Part shown: in pieces, positions 34,501 to 45,241 of the stretch
How the letters are laid out: each line of letters opens with the position of its first letter
How positions within the stretch are numbered: position 1 is the stretch's first letter
DNA from: Prorocentrum cordatum
Lineage: Eukaryota
NCBI GenBank assembly: GCA_963575745.1
Contig: CAUYUJ010000170.1
Location: forward strand, 248,001 to 312,000
Direction of reading: 5' to 3'
DNA: 64,000 nucleotides
Position numbers and translations under genes: made by a program
The notes under the pieces: model-generated
What the model saw: the letters and a program-made list of their open reading frames with translations, nothing else
What the model was told of the DNA's origin: nothing
The model's database searches: none

Positions 34501-36453
34501 CAGGGGTTCGAGATACGAGTCATCAAAGCCTATCCCGTCACCTTCCCCCCAAATAGACGCAAACTTGTCGGCTTCAGCCTTCGAGAGGGCCATGGGGTCG
34601 GCAACAATGATGCCCCCGGACGTGAACGTGGTCGCGGGGTTCCAGGGCTCGGGGTCTCGAATGGCACGCTGAGCATTTCGACTGCCCTTGTCCAATCCTT
34701 CTCGAACCCATTCCTGCCAAGGCGCCTTAGACCTAGCAGCAGCCGCGAACTTAGCCTTCAAACATGCCTGATCGACCGAGTCGAGCAAGGCATCGAGATC
34801 CGCGCGCAGAGAGCCAACACTGGCACTAGGCTCCAGGCCAACAGGATCGCAGAGACCGACATCGTCGCCCGACTGACCAGGCAACTCGCACGAGAGCGAT
34901 CCCCCTGAGCCGCCTTGGCTAGGAGTTTGTCCAGACCGGAAATCGAAGCCGCGCCGGGAAGAAACGTGGGTACGAGAGAGATTCAGGCTGCGGGCAGCTA
35001 AGCCAGCACTAGCCTGAAAGACCTGGTGCCAGTCGGAGTCGTCCTGTACAGCTACCTCGACTGGCACTGATACAAGGTCGAGAGCCACGCCTCGACCAGC
35101 AGGTGGAAGAACCGCACCATCACACATGAGGTAGCTCCTGAGCGCTCGAAGTTGAGCAGCCAACCACGCGATGGACCTAAGGCTGGGATCCTTGACTTTG
35201 CCCGCGGGTTTGATGACCGATCTCCACACCAGATTGGGGCGTTTACCCCTCATGCCGAGGGCGGGAAGCTCAACCCCCAAAACCTTGGCCAAGTCGGACT
35301 CGGCCGCGTTGGCCCACAAACGATATCCTGGCGTAAGAAGGTCCCTGGCTTTCTGCAGATCTCCCGACAGAGCAGCCCTGTGCGCAGCTTCGGCCTTGGC
35401 AAGGGCCTCAGACCAACCCCCAGGGCACGGCTGAGGCCCCACAGGCGCAGACGTGGGCAAGTCGGGGGGGCGGCGGAACGCGGGAGCTTTCAGAGAGCCG
35501 AGGGACGGGTGAAATTTGATGGTCACAGGCTTATGCGGGGAAATAGCCGACTCCGTGACCACTTCCACTTCCTGCAAGCACCGCCCCAAGGCTTCAGAGA
35601 GAACGAAAAAATCGAAGGTGTCAGGCATACCCCCTCCAGAGGGGAAATGGGCGTGCCCTTCAGCAGACACAATGACCCCCTTCAGAAGCTCCGCGAAGTT
35701 GGTTTCAAACAGGACCCCAAGAGAAACCTTAAAATCGCCAGCCACAACGAAGTCGCAACCCTGGGACTCAAGAAAGACGCCGACAGACCGAAGGATTTCC
35801 ATGTTGGCTTCCGACAGTCCTTGGGAGTGAACCAGGTAGACCGACGCGATGGCGAACGGAGCACAACCAGGAACGTGAACCATGGCGGCAACCGCTCGTC
35901 CTTCTGCAAGAATCACTTCAGAAGCTTCATAGCATCCGAGTCCGTCACGAGCCGCCACAACTACTCCAGAAGAAATACCACCTCCGTCGCCGAGCACACC
36001 AGGCGCCCAAACAGTCTTGAATCCAGCATGTTTGCAAATCTCCGACTTCTGGTCAATGTCAGAGGCTCTGAGTCGGTGCTCTTGGCCAATGACAACGTGA
36101 GCCGAGGTGGACTCCAGAAACTTGTAGAAAGTGCCCCAAGAGTTACCGTTGACGGTGGCTATCTCCAGCTGGAAATCAGAGGACCCAGAGGGAACAGGCA
36201 AAGGAACGGGCCTCGGGGGCTCCAGGGGCTTGGGTCTAGGGGCACCTTGGACTTCTGCAGGGACCAATGGCGCAGCCCAAGAATTGGCCTCGGGAGTGGC
36301 GGCTCGGAAGACCGACTGGAACCTCTTAAAAAGCCTGATGCCAGAAACTCTGGATTTCGAACCTATGACCGAGGTCCGAGACGCAAAAAAGTCAAACACT
36401 GACCGAATCCCCCCTACACACAATTCACAAAAAGCAAGAAAGATCCCCCCCCC
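31504..36453 (-). CDS. ORF2: AP endonuclease, reverse transcriptase, CCHC knuckle, RNase H, C-terminal Cys/His region
   Basis: APE: TVNGNSW, GQEH, SVYL, GDFK, SPHKPV. RT: FRPIG, DLRKYYE, RGIVAGC, YVDD, NLG. CCHC: CSLCGVAKDTLHHRLFCC. RNase H: FMDGS, QAAEY, KVAAH, GNHFAD. The frame is open back to the ORF1 stop; no ATG before the APE domain. Confidence 0.95.
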   Translation of the reverse strand, partial: GGGIFLAFCELCVGGIRSVFDFFASRTSVIGSKSRVSGIRLFKRFQSVFRAATPEANSWAAPLVPAEVQGAPRPKPLEPPRPVPLPVPSGSSDFQLEIATVNGNSWGTFYKFLESTSAHVVIGQEHRLRASDIDQKSEICKHAGFKTVWAPGVLGDGGGISSGVVVAARDGLGCYEASEVILAEGRAVAAMVHVPGCAPFAIASVYLVHSQGLSEANMEILRSVGVFLESQGCDFVVAGDFKVSLGVLFETNFAELLKGVIVSAEGHAHFPSGGGMPDTFDFFVLSEALGRCLQEVEVVTESAISPHKPVTIKFHPSLGSLKAPAFRRPPDLPTSAPVGPQPCPGGWSEALAKAEAAHRAALSGDLQKARDLLTPGYRLWANAAESDLAKVLGVELPALGMRGKRPNLVWRSVIKPAGKVKDPSLRSIAWLAAQLRALRSYLMCDGAVLPPAGRGVALDLVSVPVEVAVQDDSDWHQVFQASAGLAARSLNLSRTHVSSRRGFDFRSGQTPSQGGSGGSLSCELPGQSGDDVGLCDPVGLEPSASVGSLRADLDALLDSVDQACLKAKFAAAARSKAPWQEWVREGLDKGSRNAQRAIRDPEPWNPATTFTSGGIIVADPMALSKAEADKFASIWGEGDGIGFDDSYLEPLPVLQPSELRAFSKKYRLSSAVSVDGFHCRHFSLLCDQALHCLALWFCVMEATGSLPQQISWVLLALLGKPTGGFRPIGVFPSWYRLWGRARRSFAQRWEVNHPRDFWAAGANRGASDVVWRHAFKAEAGLSRGEVSASIFWDLRKYYEHIDLRLLFDRCRQHGFPLGVVRLSIRAYATARYLALGGFVEGPYFVSRGIVAGCSFAASLIRVYALASFDSLPRSPGLDFDAYVDDLSLSCTGSARQVVRALVGGARALHKCITDELQCLLAMDKVGMVASNNDVASQLLQKLGPLAGQGMGVGRVTNLGVDYTAGRSLRAPGRGRAAKFKARIASALRKTRRLRKIGDVLGRRSLKVFAAGPLAGGTFGSDIFGVSDGELLILRRAALSCIKPRSQGRSLAVPSLLEGDPCWRASVAPIIRWSKEIWLCHTRAFPWCLSWAAMREGWIQTFSHDVHSWSKVRGPLSALRMCIYRLGWEMPDFTTLRDDFGRDISLTLSPPRLVKVLCRDAVLRNLERDSGDKYGVGYRLCWDAVKQQLSSSKIPAKAKGVMRAQACRAFWTGADAEAAGYVEVSSLCSLCGVAKDTLHHRLFCCSAVVEMRKEVLPDWLVDAACDTSDPEYEEELFLYGAFRHPGDVAPKPLCDGGVSLVWHVEDLPPPPPACGADRVAPGDSLWGYLFMDGSCHRHVVKELSRAGWAVAMVGNDGELLGVLKGPVWAPWPQTPQAAEYAAFAFCGAYADAPSVCYSGCQNVVDYVALGADALSGKRQYTGLVLQGKHHFGSHLCALHKVAAHRDVDESGISASERFRRLGNHFADQAAKEAARAHHSLTPIEAEELDRKIKIARLVLKAGSVLLPLWPRLEFRGTARSRPPPAPRLLSLAVGHSWVQVGPFWQCRVCLKGSRARAPPPGDCPGHSRLDQGVLLRLGHKVVAFPCSDFSNLFVCLSCKFYNSGSQILKLGKECGQPTVTSMRNLRKLKKGLHPDKAQVTVGIDDFVALL

Positions 36454-37323
36454 TCAAGCCGAGGGGGAGGCGCCACCTGACTCACTGACATGAAGAGCAG
36501 CATCTGCACGTGCACGAATGCCAGCTGGCGGCACCTCGCCTGGCACCTGCTGGCTGCTCTCCGCCGACGTGGGGGGATCACCTTCTCCACTCGGAGCAGC
36601 TGCTGCTGTGGCCTCAGCACTGCCAACACCCCCGCCAGCTTCATGAAGTCCATCTTCACGCCTACGACGCTTGCCAGCAACACGAGCCTTATGCGCTTGA
36701 TGTGCAGCCTGGGCTGACTTAGCCTGGTCCACTGCCTTCTGGAACAGCGTCTTGGCCATGTCCGCAATGCCCTGGGACAGAAGCGCTGTGCGCTTCTGCA
36801 TCTCCTCACGATCCTCAGCCGACAACTCGAGCCCGTCATCGTCCCCGAAGTCCTCGAGGATGTCACAGCTGATGATGGAGCCGATGTCCACAGAGCCAGA
36901 CAGCAAATCCTCGAGCTTGAGCTTGGCCATCTCAACATTGGGCACAACCTTCGAATCTGCCGCCAGCTTCTGGACCGCTTCCTTGTACACCCTGTCAGCT
37001 TCCTGCAACTCGCCTCGCACACGCTTGACCTTCTCGTTCTGCTCTTGAACCTCGGACTGCATGCGGAGAAGCCTCGCCAGATCGCCCTCCAGCTGCTTCT
37101 CCAGACGGCGAACGAGCGAATGGTGCTGCTGGGCAGCCTGATGAGCCGAGACAGGCTGCTTAGCACGTTCCTCAGACGCCGCCAGCGACTTCGCAAAGGA
37201 AGAATACTTGTTGGCACCGACCTTGTCACCTGCCTTCTCACGAAGACGAGCCAACTCCGACGCCTCCTCCTTGGACAGGTTGGGCACAGCTCCCACGGGC
37301 AAGGGCGGCGACTGGCCTGCCAC
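36454..37323 (-). CDS. ORF1: coiled-coil protein, N-terminus probably missing
   Basis: 289-codon open frame with heptad-like helices (VRRLEKQLEGDLARLLRMQSEVQEQNEKVKRVRGELQEADR) directly upstream of ORF2; no ATG at the start. Confidence 0.8.
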   Translation of the reverse strand: MAGQSPPLPVGAVPNLSKEEASELARLREKAGDKVGANKYSSFAKSLAASEERAKQPVSAHQAAQQHHSLVRRLEKQLEGDLARLLRMQSEVQEQNEKVKRVRGELQEADRVYKEAVQKLAADSKVVPNVEMAKLKLEDLLSGSVDIGSIISCDILEDFGDDDGLELSAEDREEMQKRTALLSQGIADMAKTLFQKAVDQAKSAQAAHQAHKARVAGKRRRREDGLHEAGGGVGSAEATAAAAPSGEGDPPTSAESSQQVPGEVPPAGIRARADAALHVSESGGASPSA

Positions 37324-37328
37324 GCCGC

Positions 37329-37602
37329 CTCCTCCCTCCTTCCTCCCTCCTCCTCCTCCTCCTCCTCCTCCTCCTACTCCTCCTCCTCCTCCTCCCTCCT
37401 CCCCGCCTCCTCCTCCTCCTCCTCCTCATCAGCAGCATCATCGTCATCATCACCATCAGCATCATCATCATCATCATCATCATCATCAATCATCATCATC
37501 ATCATCATCAATCATCATCATCATCATCATCATCGTCATCATCATCATCATCATCATCATCATCGTCGTCATCATCAGCATCGCCATCAGCATCATCAGC
37601 AT

Positions 37603-37658
<56 letters not shown>

Positions 37659-37701
37659 GCAGCACCATCCTCATCATCATCATCATCAGCAGCATCATCA
37701 G

Positions 37702-37732
<31 letters not shown>

Positions 37733-39414
37733 AGCATCATAATCATCAGCATCAATATCAGAATCATCAGCATCAGCATCATCAGCATCGTCATCATCAT
37801 CATCGTCGTCATCATCATCACCAGCATCGTCATTATCATTATCATCATCGTCGTCAGCAGCAGCAGCAGCAACATCACCAACAGCATGAGCATCATCGTC
37901 AGCATCATCAGCAGCATCATAATCGTCATCATCAGCAGTATCACCATCATCAGCAGCATCAGTATCAGCATCGTCATCAGCAGCATCATCAGCATCAGCA
38001 TCAGCATCAGCAGCAGCATCAGCATGAGCAGCATCGCCAGCCGCATCATCATCAGCGTCATCAGCATCATTATCATCAGCATCATCATCAGCATCAACAT
38101 CATCAACATCAGCAGCATCAGCATCATCAACATCAGCATCATCAGCATCAGCATCTGCATCAGCATCAGCAGCACCATCCCCCTCCTGTTACTCCTCTTC
38201 ATCAGCAGCATCAGCATCGTCATCCTCATCGGCGTCAGCATCAGCATCAGCATCATCGTCAGCAGCAGCATCAGCATGATCCGCCTCACCCTTCTCCTCC
38301 TCCTCCTCCTCCTCCTCCTCCTGCTCCTGCTCCTCCTCCTCCTCCTCCTGCTCCTCCTCCCCCTCCTCCTCCTTCAGCATCCCACTCCACCGCCTCGTCT
38401 CTCCTCCTCCTCCTCCTCCTCCTCTTCCTCATACGCCTCCTCCTCCTCCGCCTCGGCGTCCGCCTCTTCCTGCTCATAGGCGTCGCCCTCCTCTTCCTCC
38501 TCATCCTCTTCCTCCTCCGCCTGTTCATCCTCCTCCTCCTCCTCATCCCTCCTCCTCTCCTCCTCCTCCTTCCTCCTCCTCCTCTTCATCCTCCTCCCCT
38601 CTCCTCCCCTCCTCCTCCCCTCCTCCTCCTCATCGTTCTCCTCCTCCTCCTCCTACGCCTCGTCCTGCCTCCTCCCCTCCCCCCCCCCCCCCCCCCGCCT
38701 CCTCGCCTCCCTCCCTCCCTCCCTCCCCTCCCCCTCCTCCTCCTCCTCCTTTCCTCCTCCTCCGCCTCCTCCTCCTCTCCCTCCGCCCCTCATCCTCATC
38801 TCCTCCTCCTCCTCCGCCTCCTTCCTCTTCTTCCTCCTGTTCCTTCTCCTCCTCCTCCTCCTCCTTCCTCATCCTCCTCCTCCTCCTCCTCATCATCATC
38901 ATCAGCATCACAGCATCAAATCAGCATCCGAACCCCATACTCCTCCTCCTCCTCCTCCTCCTCCTCATCTCCTCCTCCTCCTCTCCCTCCTCCTCCTCCT
39001 CATCCTCCTATCCTTCCGCCCCCTCCCCCCCTCCTCCTCATCTTCCTCATCGTCCCTCCCCTGTTCTCCCGTACCTCATCGTCCTCATCTCCCCAATGTC
39101 CATGCTCCTCCCAGTTTCCAGCATCCTCCTCATCCGCCTCTTCCTCCTCCTCCTCCTCCTCCTCCTCCTCCTCATCGTCCTCCTCTTCCTCCTCCTCCTC
39201 CTCCTCATTATCCTCCTCCTCATCATCAGCAGCGTCAGCCTCATCCTCCTCCTCCTCATCCTCCTCATCTCGTCCTCCTCCTCATCCTCCTACTCCCCCC
39301 TCCTCCCTCATCCTCCTCCTCTCCCTCCTCATCTCCCCCCTCCTCCCCCTCCTCCTCCCTCCTCCGGCCTCCTCCTCCTCATCCGCCGCATCCTCCTCCT
39401 CCTCCTCCTCCTCC

Positions 39415-39446
<32 letters not shown>

Positions 39447-39447
39447 G

Positions 39448-39484
<37 letters not shown>

Positions 39485-40217
39485 ATCATCATCATCATCA
39501 TCATCCCATCATCATCATCATCATCATCATCCTTCTCCCTTCCACTCCCTCCCTCCTCCTCATCATCATCCTCCTTCCCTCCTTCCTCCTCTTCCTCCCC
39601 TCTCCAATCCTCCTCATCCTCCTCCCGCCGCCCTCCTCCTCCTCCTCCTCCCCTCCTCCTTCTCCCCCTCCCTCCTCTTCCCCTCTTCCCTCCTCCTCCC
39701 CTCTCCTCTCCTCCTCCCCTCATCCTCATCCTCATCCGTCATCAACATCGTCTCACATCCTCCTCCTCCTCCTCCTCCTCCTCCTCCTCCTTCCTCCTCC
39801 TCCCCCTCCTCCTCCCCCTCACCCTCCTGGATTATGTTGGGGGTCGCACAAAGACACTTCGCTGAAAAAGGAGTCAGAGACCAAGCAGACGGACAAGTAC
39901 GAGAAGAAAGGATGTAACGACTGGCGCAGCGCCGAGACCTACGAGAAAAGGTTACACGAGACGCGGGGCACTAGGACGCAAGACCAGGGGACGGCCTCCC
40001 TGGCTACGTCGTCCCTTTCGGGCGTTAGGACGCAAAGCTCAGGGGATGGCCTCCCTGGCTCGTTCGCCACGGGTCCTGCGGCAGAAGGCGTCAGTTCGCA
40101 AGACCACGGGATAGCCCCTTCATAGCTCAGTCGTCACGTGTCGGCGTTAGGACGAAAAGCCCAGGGGATGGCTTCCCTGGCACAATCGTCGCCACGAACG
40201 GAGATGGAGAGCCCGAG

Positions 40218-40302
<85 letters not shown>

Positions 40303-40669
40303 AATACTACTAACTACTACTTACTACTACTACTACGACTACTACTACTACTACTAACTACTACTACTACACTACTATTACTACTACAGACTACACTACT
40401 ACTACGACTACTACTAACTACTGACTACTAATAAGAACTACTACGACACCTTTCTACAACTACTACTACTCCTACCTACTAACTAGTACTAGCTACTACT
40501 ACTACTACGACTACACTACTACGACGATACTACTAAGCTACTGCTTCCACTACTACTCCTAGTACTACTACTACTACTACTACTACTACTACGACTACTA
40601 CTACTACTACTACTACTACTACGACTACTATGACTACTACTACGACTACTACTACAAGAACTACGAGTG

Positions 40670-40702
<33 letters not shown>

Positions 40703-40703
40703 T

Positions 40704-40736
<33 letters not shown>

Positions 40737-41005
40737 ACCGAATACTACTACTACTGCTACTACTACTACTACTACTACTACGACTGCTGCTGCAACGACG
40801 ACTACTACTACTACTACTACTACTACGACTACTACTACTACTACTACTACGACTACTACTACTCCGACTACTACTACTACGACTATGACTACGACTGCTA
40901 CGGCTACGACTACTACTACTACTACTACTACTACGACTACTACTACTACTACTACGACTACTACTACTAAAACTACTACTACGACTACTGCTACTACTAT
41001 TTCTA

Positions 41006-41043
<38 letters not shown>

Positions 41044-41189
41044 GCTACGACTACTACTACTACTGCTACGAATACTACTACTATTACTACTACTCCTACT
41101 ACTACTACTACTACTACTACTGCTACTACTACTAGTACGACCCCTACGATTACTACTACGACTACGACTACTACTACTAGTACTACCAT

Positions 41190-41221
<32 letters not shown>

Positions 41222-41868
41222 ACTACTAACTACTACACTACTACTACTAACTTGAAACTACTACTACTCCTGCTACTACTACTACGACGACGACGACGAA
41301 GACGACAACGACTACTAGGACGACTACGACGACTACGTACTACGACTAGACTACGACTCCTACTCTACTACTACTACGACTACGACTACAAACTACTACT
41401 ACGACTACTACTAACTGCTACACATTCTACTACTACTACTACTACTACTACTACTAAACTACTACTATACTACTACTCCTACTACTAATACTCCCCTACT
41501 ACTACTAATAACTACTACTACTACTCTACTACTACTACTCCTACTACGATTGCTACGACTGCTACGACTACGACTGCGACTACATGACAGACCTACGACG
41601 ACCTACGCACTACTTATTACTCACTACTACTCTTACTACTACCTACTACTACTACTGCTACTACTACTCTACTACTATACTACTACTACGACTACTACTG
41701 GCGACTACACTACTAACTACTAACTACTACTACTACTACTAAACTACTACTACATAACTACTAGTATACTAGTCACTACTAGTGCTACTACTACGACCCC
41801 TACTACTACGAAATTACTACTCGACTAACTACTACTACTATACTAACTAATACTATTACTACTACGAC

Positions 41869-41904
<36 letters not shown>

Positions 41905-41912
41905 TTACTACA

Positions 41913-41967
<55 letters not shown>

Positions 41968-42070
41968 CTACTGCTACTACTACTACTACTACTACTACGA
42001 CGACTACGACTACGACTACGACTACGACTACGACTACGACTACGACTACGACTACTACTGCTGCTACTAT

Positions 42071-42129
<59 letters not shown>

Positions 42130-42163
42130 TATGACAACGATTGCGACTACGATTACGACTACG

Positions 42164-42194
<31 letters not shown>

Positions 42195-42290
42195 CTCCTC
42201 CTCCTCCTCCTGCTCCTCCTCCTCCTCCTCCTCTTCCTCCTCTTCCTCTTCCTCCCCCTCCTCCTCCTCCTCCTCCTCCTCCAGAGGAGG
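37329..42290. repeat. ~5-kb compound trinucleotide microsatellite (CCT > CAT > CCT > CAT > CCT > island > TAC > CCT)
   Basis: Directly visible; higher-complexity island at ~39830-40217. Confidence 0.95.
39967..40200. repeat. Four diverged ~55-65-bp tandem units
   Basis: GGCGTTAGGACGCAAAGCTCAGGGGATGGCCTCCCTGGC-like units at ~39967, 40022, 40087, 40143. Confidence 0.7.
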
Positions 42291-42612
42291 AGGAGGACGA
42301 GGAGGAGCGACCCCAGGCGTCCAGGAATCTCCTCGAGCTTCCAAGCGCAGGTTTTTCCCGCGACGTTGGCGGCGCCCCAGGACCCCCAGAAATGCAACGC
42401 TCGCGCCAAAACTGGAGACCGCGAGCGCAACAAAATCGGACCCCGCGGGCCGCGCTTCGCGCGTCGAGCAGCACCAAAAGACTTGCGCTTCCGATGTCGA
42501 GGAGGGCTGCTGGACAGACTTCCCCGACGGCGCAGCACGTCATAGCTTACCGTGCTTCGCCCGCGAATCTAAAAGGAAATGGAGGAGGGGGAGGATGGCG
42601 CCTCCGAGCATA

Positions 42613-42772
42613 CAGTGGAGGCCAGTCCACAAGAAGCACAACCCTGACCCTAGGCCGTCCATCGAATTCTGGTGTGGGAACGTCACGCGTTCCATGGCAA
42701 AGCCATCGAAGCCCAAGAAACCCAGGGCACCCTGGAGGCAAGCAGGGAGCTTCTTGGCATGGGCCTCCACTG
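42613..42772. mobile_element. Tc1/mariner-type MITE family D, intact copy
   Basis: TA|CAGTGGAGGCC ... GGCCTCCACTG|TA. Confidence 0.9.
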
Positions 42773-44149
42773 TACAAACACCCCGGACGGACGACGTGCG
42801 CGGTGCTGGCTGCCCAAGCGTACTCGCTGATGCCGCGGCTCCGGAGAGCCGGAGGGGGCAGACATCCCACGGCTCGAGAACCCGAGGCGCGTTCTGCTCC
42901 GGGGCGCATCTGAGGCCGCCCCCCTCTCACAGCCAGCCAGGGCCGAGATGGCAAGCCGACGCGAGCCCTGAGAGGCGCGATGCGGCCAGACGATCCTCAT
43001 GTGCTTGCGTTGCATCTGGCTTGGACCCAAGGTCGCGGTGAAAGGACGCAGCTGCATGCCGCAGTGCACATGCAGCAGAAACCGCAGCAATCGTTCTGGT
43101 CTCCTGCATATTCGAGCGAGGCGAAAAGAGTATGACACAGTTCCTTCAGAGTGACGCCCCTTCACGAGCGACGGACATATCCGTATCCGTGCCCCCGGGG
43201 GTCTGAATGACATGGCGTGATCCCATGGATGCGCGATCCCATGGATACGCTTCAAGCGGGGCATCCGCGCAAATTCGAGAGCTGCTTGCTATTCGCGGCA
43301 AGATCGGGCGTTGTTCGGGGGGAGGGGGGGGGGCGAGGGAGGGGGGTGGGGCGCAGACCGCAACGCCTCCCCCTCGCCGTGTGGGTCCGGCACCACAGAC
43401 TGTGGTGCCGGACGCGCTGCGGCAGTGCCGGGGACGCACTGCGGAGGGGGTCACGTTGTAGGGGGGGCAGAGGGGGGTGCGCGCAAGGGGCGTAACACGC
43501 GCCATGGCCCAGGCAGGTGGTAAACAGCAAAAAACTACTCGCTTCGCCCTGCATTCATGAGGTCGCGGCCTTGGAGTCCACACCGCGAGGGCACGGATAT
43601 GGATGCCAACCGCCCACGTCCCCTTCTTTTTTCACTGCATCGCGGGCGCCAGGCTGCCTGCTATTGCGAACCGGTATTGACGGGAACTTTGAAATTGAAC
43701 AGCTAGATCACAGCCCTTACTGGGAGTCGAACATGTATACAGATCCACCTCATCCCTCCTCTCTCCCCCAACCTCCGCTGATTGGGTTCTCCCTTCCTGG
43801 GAGGGGGAAAAGGGAACAACGAGGTAGACATGGATAGTTGTCCTCCTTCGATATAGGGAGCGCCAAACCGACCCTGCACGCAGAGGCTGCCTAGGCGCTC
43901 CCTGCTGGCGAGAACCGGGTAGTGGCGGGTGCCTTGGCTGAGAGGCTGATTAGATCACAGCTTCTAACTAAAAGTTTCCCTGCCACCAGCGCGGAGCAGG
44001 CCTAGCTGCTGCGGCCCCGCTGAGGTGCATCGAGCAGAAACGAGCGGGGCAGGCGAAGGAGCGCCAGACCATCGTCACATCCAACCATCACATCACCTCC
44101 CCCTGCCGCACCTCTACGGCAGGCTCGCGTCGCAACGACACCGGCGTCA

Positions 44150-44310
44150 GTTTCTGACACCGCGTAGACCGTTCAACCTCGAACGCCCGGCGGCTCTTCG
44201 ATTGCCAGATCGTTCCATGCTGGCCGAATCTAGGCCACTGGCGGCGTCCTACCTTGAACACCCGCGGCGGGAATGCTGTGGCGCAGGCACAACACGACAC
44301 GAATGCACCA
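44150..44310 (-). pseudogene. Possible decayed tyrosine-recombinase C-terminus
   Basis: VLCLRHSIPAA then, in another frame, HGTIWQSKSRRAFE, resembling L-R-H-S-G...R-G-x-W-x-S-x-x-S-x-x-R-Y-E. Confidence 0.3.
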
Positions 44311-44564
44311 TACACTGGACCCTATCTCACCGCAGGGCCGTCCACCCCTGTCTTTGGCGCCGATGGCTCAGCTGGCCCCCGAGGGGAAGCCCTCTGAGGA
44401 GGAACATCAGGAGCGGAACGGCTCAGGGGTGGGAACATCGAGCTGTGAGCGGCGATGCATCGCCGACAGATCGGCTACGGGCCTCCGACGGTAGATCCGC
44501 ACATCGGCGATGAATGGGCGATCGATGCATCTGCTTCTGGGCGGAGGCGGCGGCGGCGGCGACA

Positions 44565-44651
<87 letters not shown>

Positions 44652-44854
44652 ACGGCGGCGGTGACGGCGGCGGCAGCCGAGGCCGACGGCGGCGGCGGCG
44701 GCGACAGCAGACCTTCTCGGCATGATAACGGTCAGCCTCTCTGGGGGCTCTCACAAAACCCCTGGCCCCTGTGAGCTTGTCCGACCAGAACGCGGGCAAT
44801 ACTTCTGTCCATATCCACTGCAGTATGGAGTTTCGGGCTCCCTTCCCAAGAAAC

Positions 44855-44926
44855 CCGAGGCGCACTGGATATGGATAAATTTGCCCCCTAGAGGCTTGAT
44901 TTTTATCCATATCCAGTGCGCCTCGG
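44855..44926. repeat. Perfect 25-bp inverted repeat with 22-nt loop
   Basis: CCGAGGCGCACTGGATATGGATAAA (44855-44879) / TTTATCCATATCCAGTGCGCCTCGG (44902-44926). Confidence 0.95.
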
Positions 44927-45241
44927 CCTTGTGGCGCCGCTTCCAAAAAAGTCCAAGAGGCACTGGATCTGGGCATGAATCTTGCCCGCACAGAAATGTT
45001 GTCCCCTGGCCTGGCGCGCCGACGCCGCTGGCTCAGCCGGCTCGCCGAAGAGGGGCCGCCGCCGGTGGCCCCCCAGGGCCCCCGAGGGGAGGCCATCGGT
45101 GGCATGTGTGGGGGTCCGCCCTCGAGAGCCACCTGCCCCCTCCTCCTCCTCCTCCTCCTCCTCCTCCTCCTCCTCCTCCTCCTCCTCCTCCTCCTCCTCC
45201 TCCTCCCCTGCCCCCTCCCCGTCCTCCCGTAGGTGGACAGA

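Larger units (their letters stand above)
31422..37345 (-). mobile_element. Non-LTR retrotransposon (APE-RT-RNase H type), near intact, probably 5'-truncated within ORF1
   Basis: Two ORFs, ~76-nt 3' UTR, A6 tail (31422-31427), (GGA)n on both sides. Confidence 0.95.

Noticed and set aside
32125..36402. Plus-strand ORFs of 557 and 416 aa
   Set aside because: Antisense shadows of LINE ORF2 with no recognisable motifs.
37045..42538. Long ORFs (1026 aa, poly-H/M/V/T/L)
   Set aside because: Translations of stop-free trinucleotide microsatellites; the same applies at 15-16, 22-25, 46-47, 55-59 and 63-64 kb.
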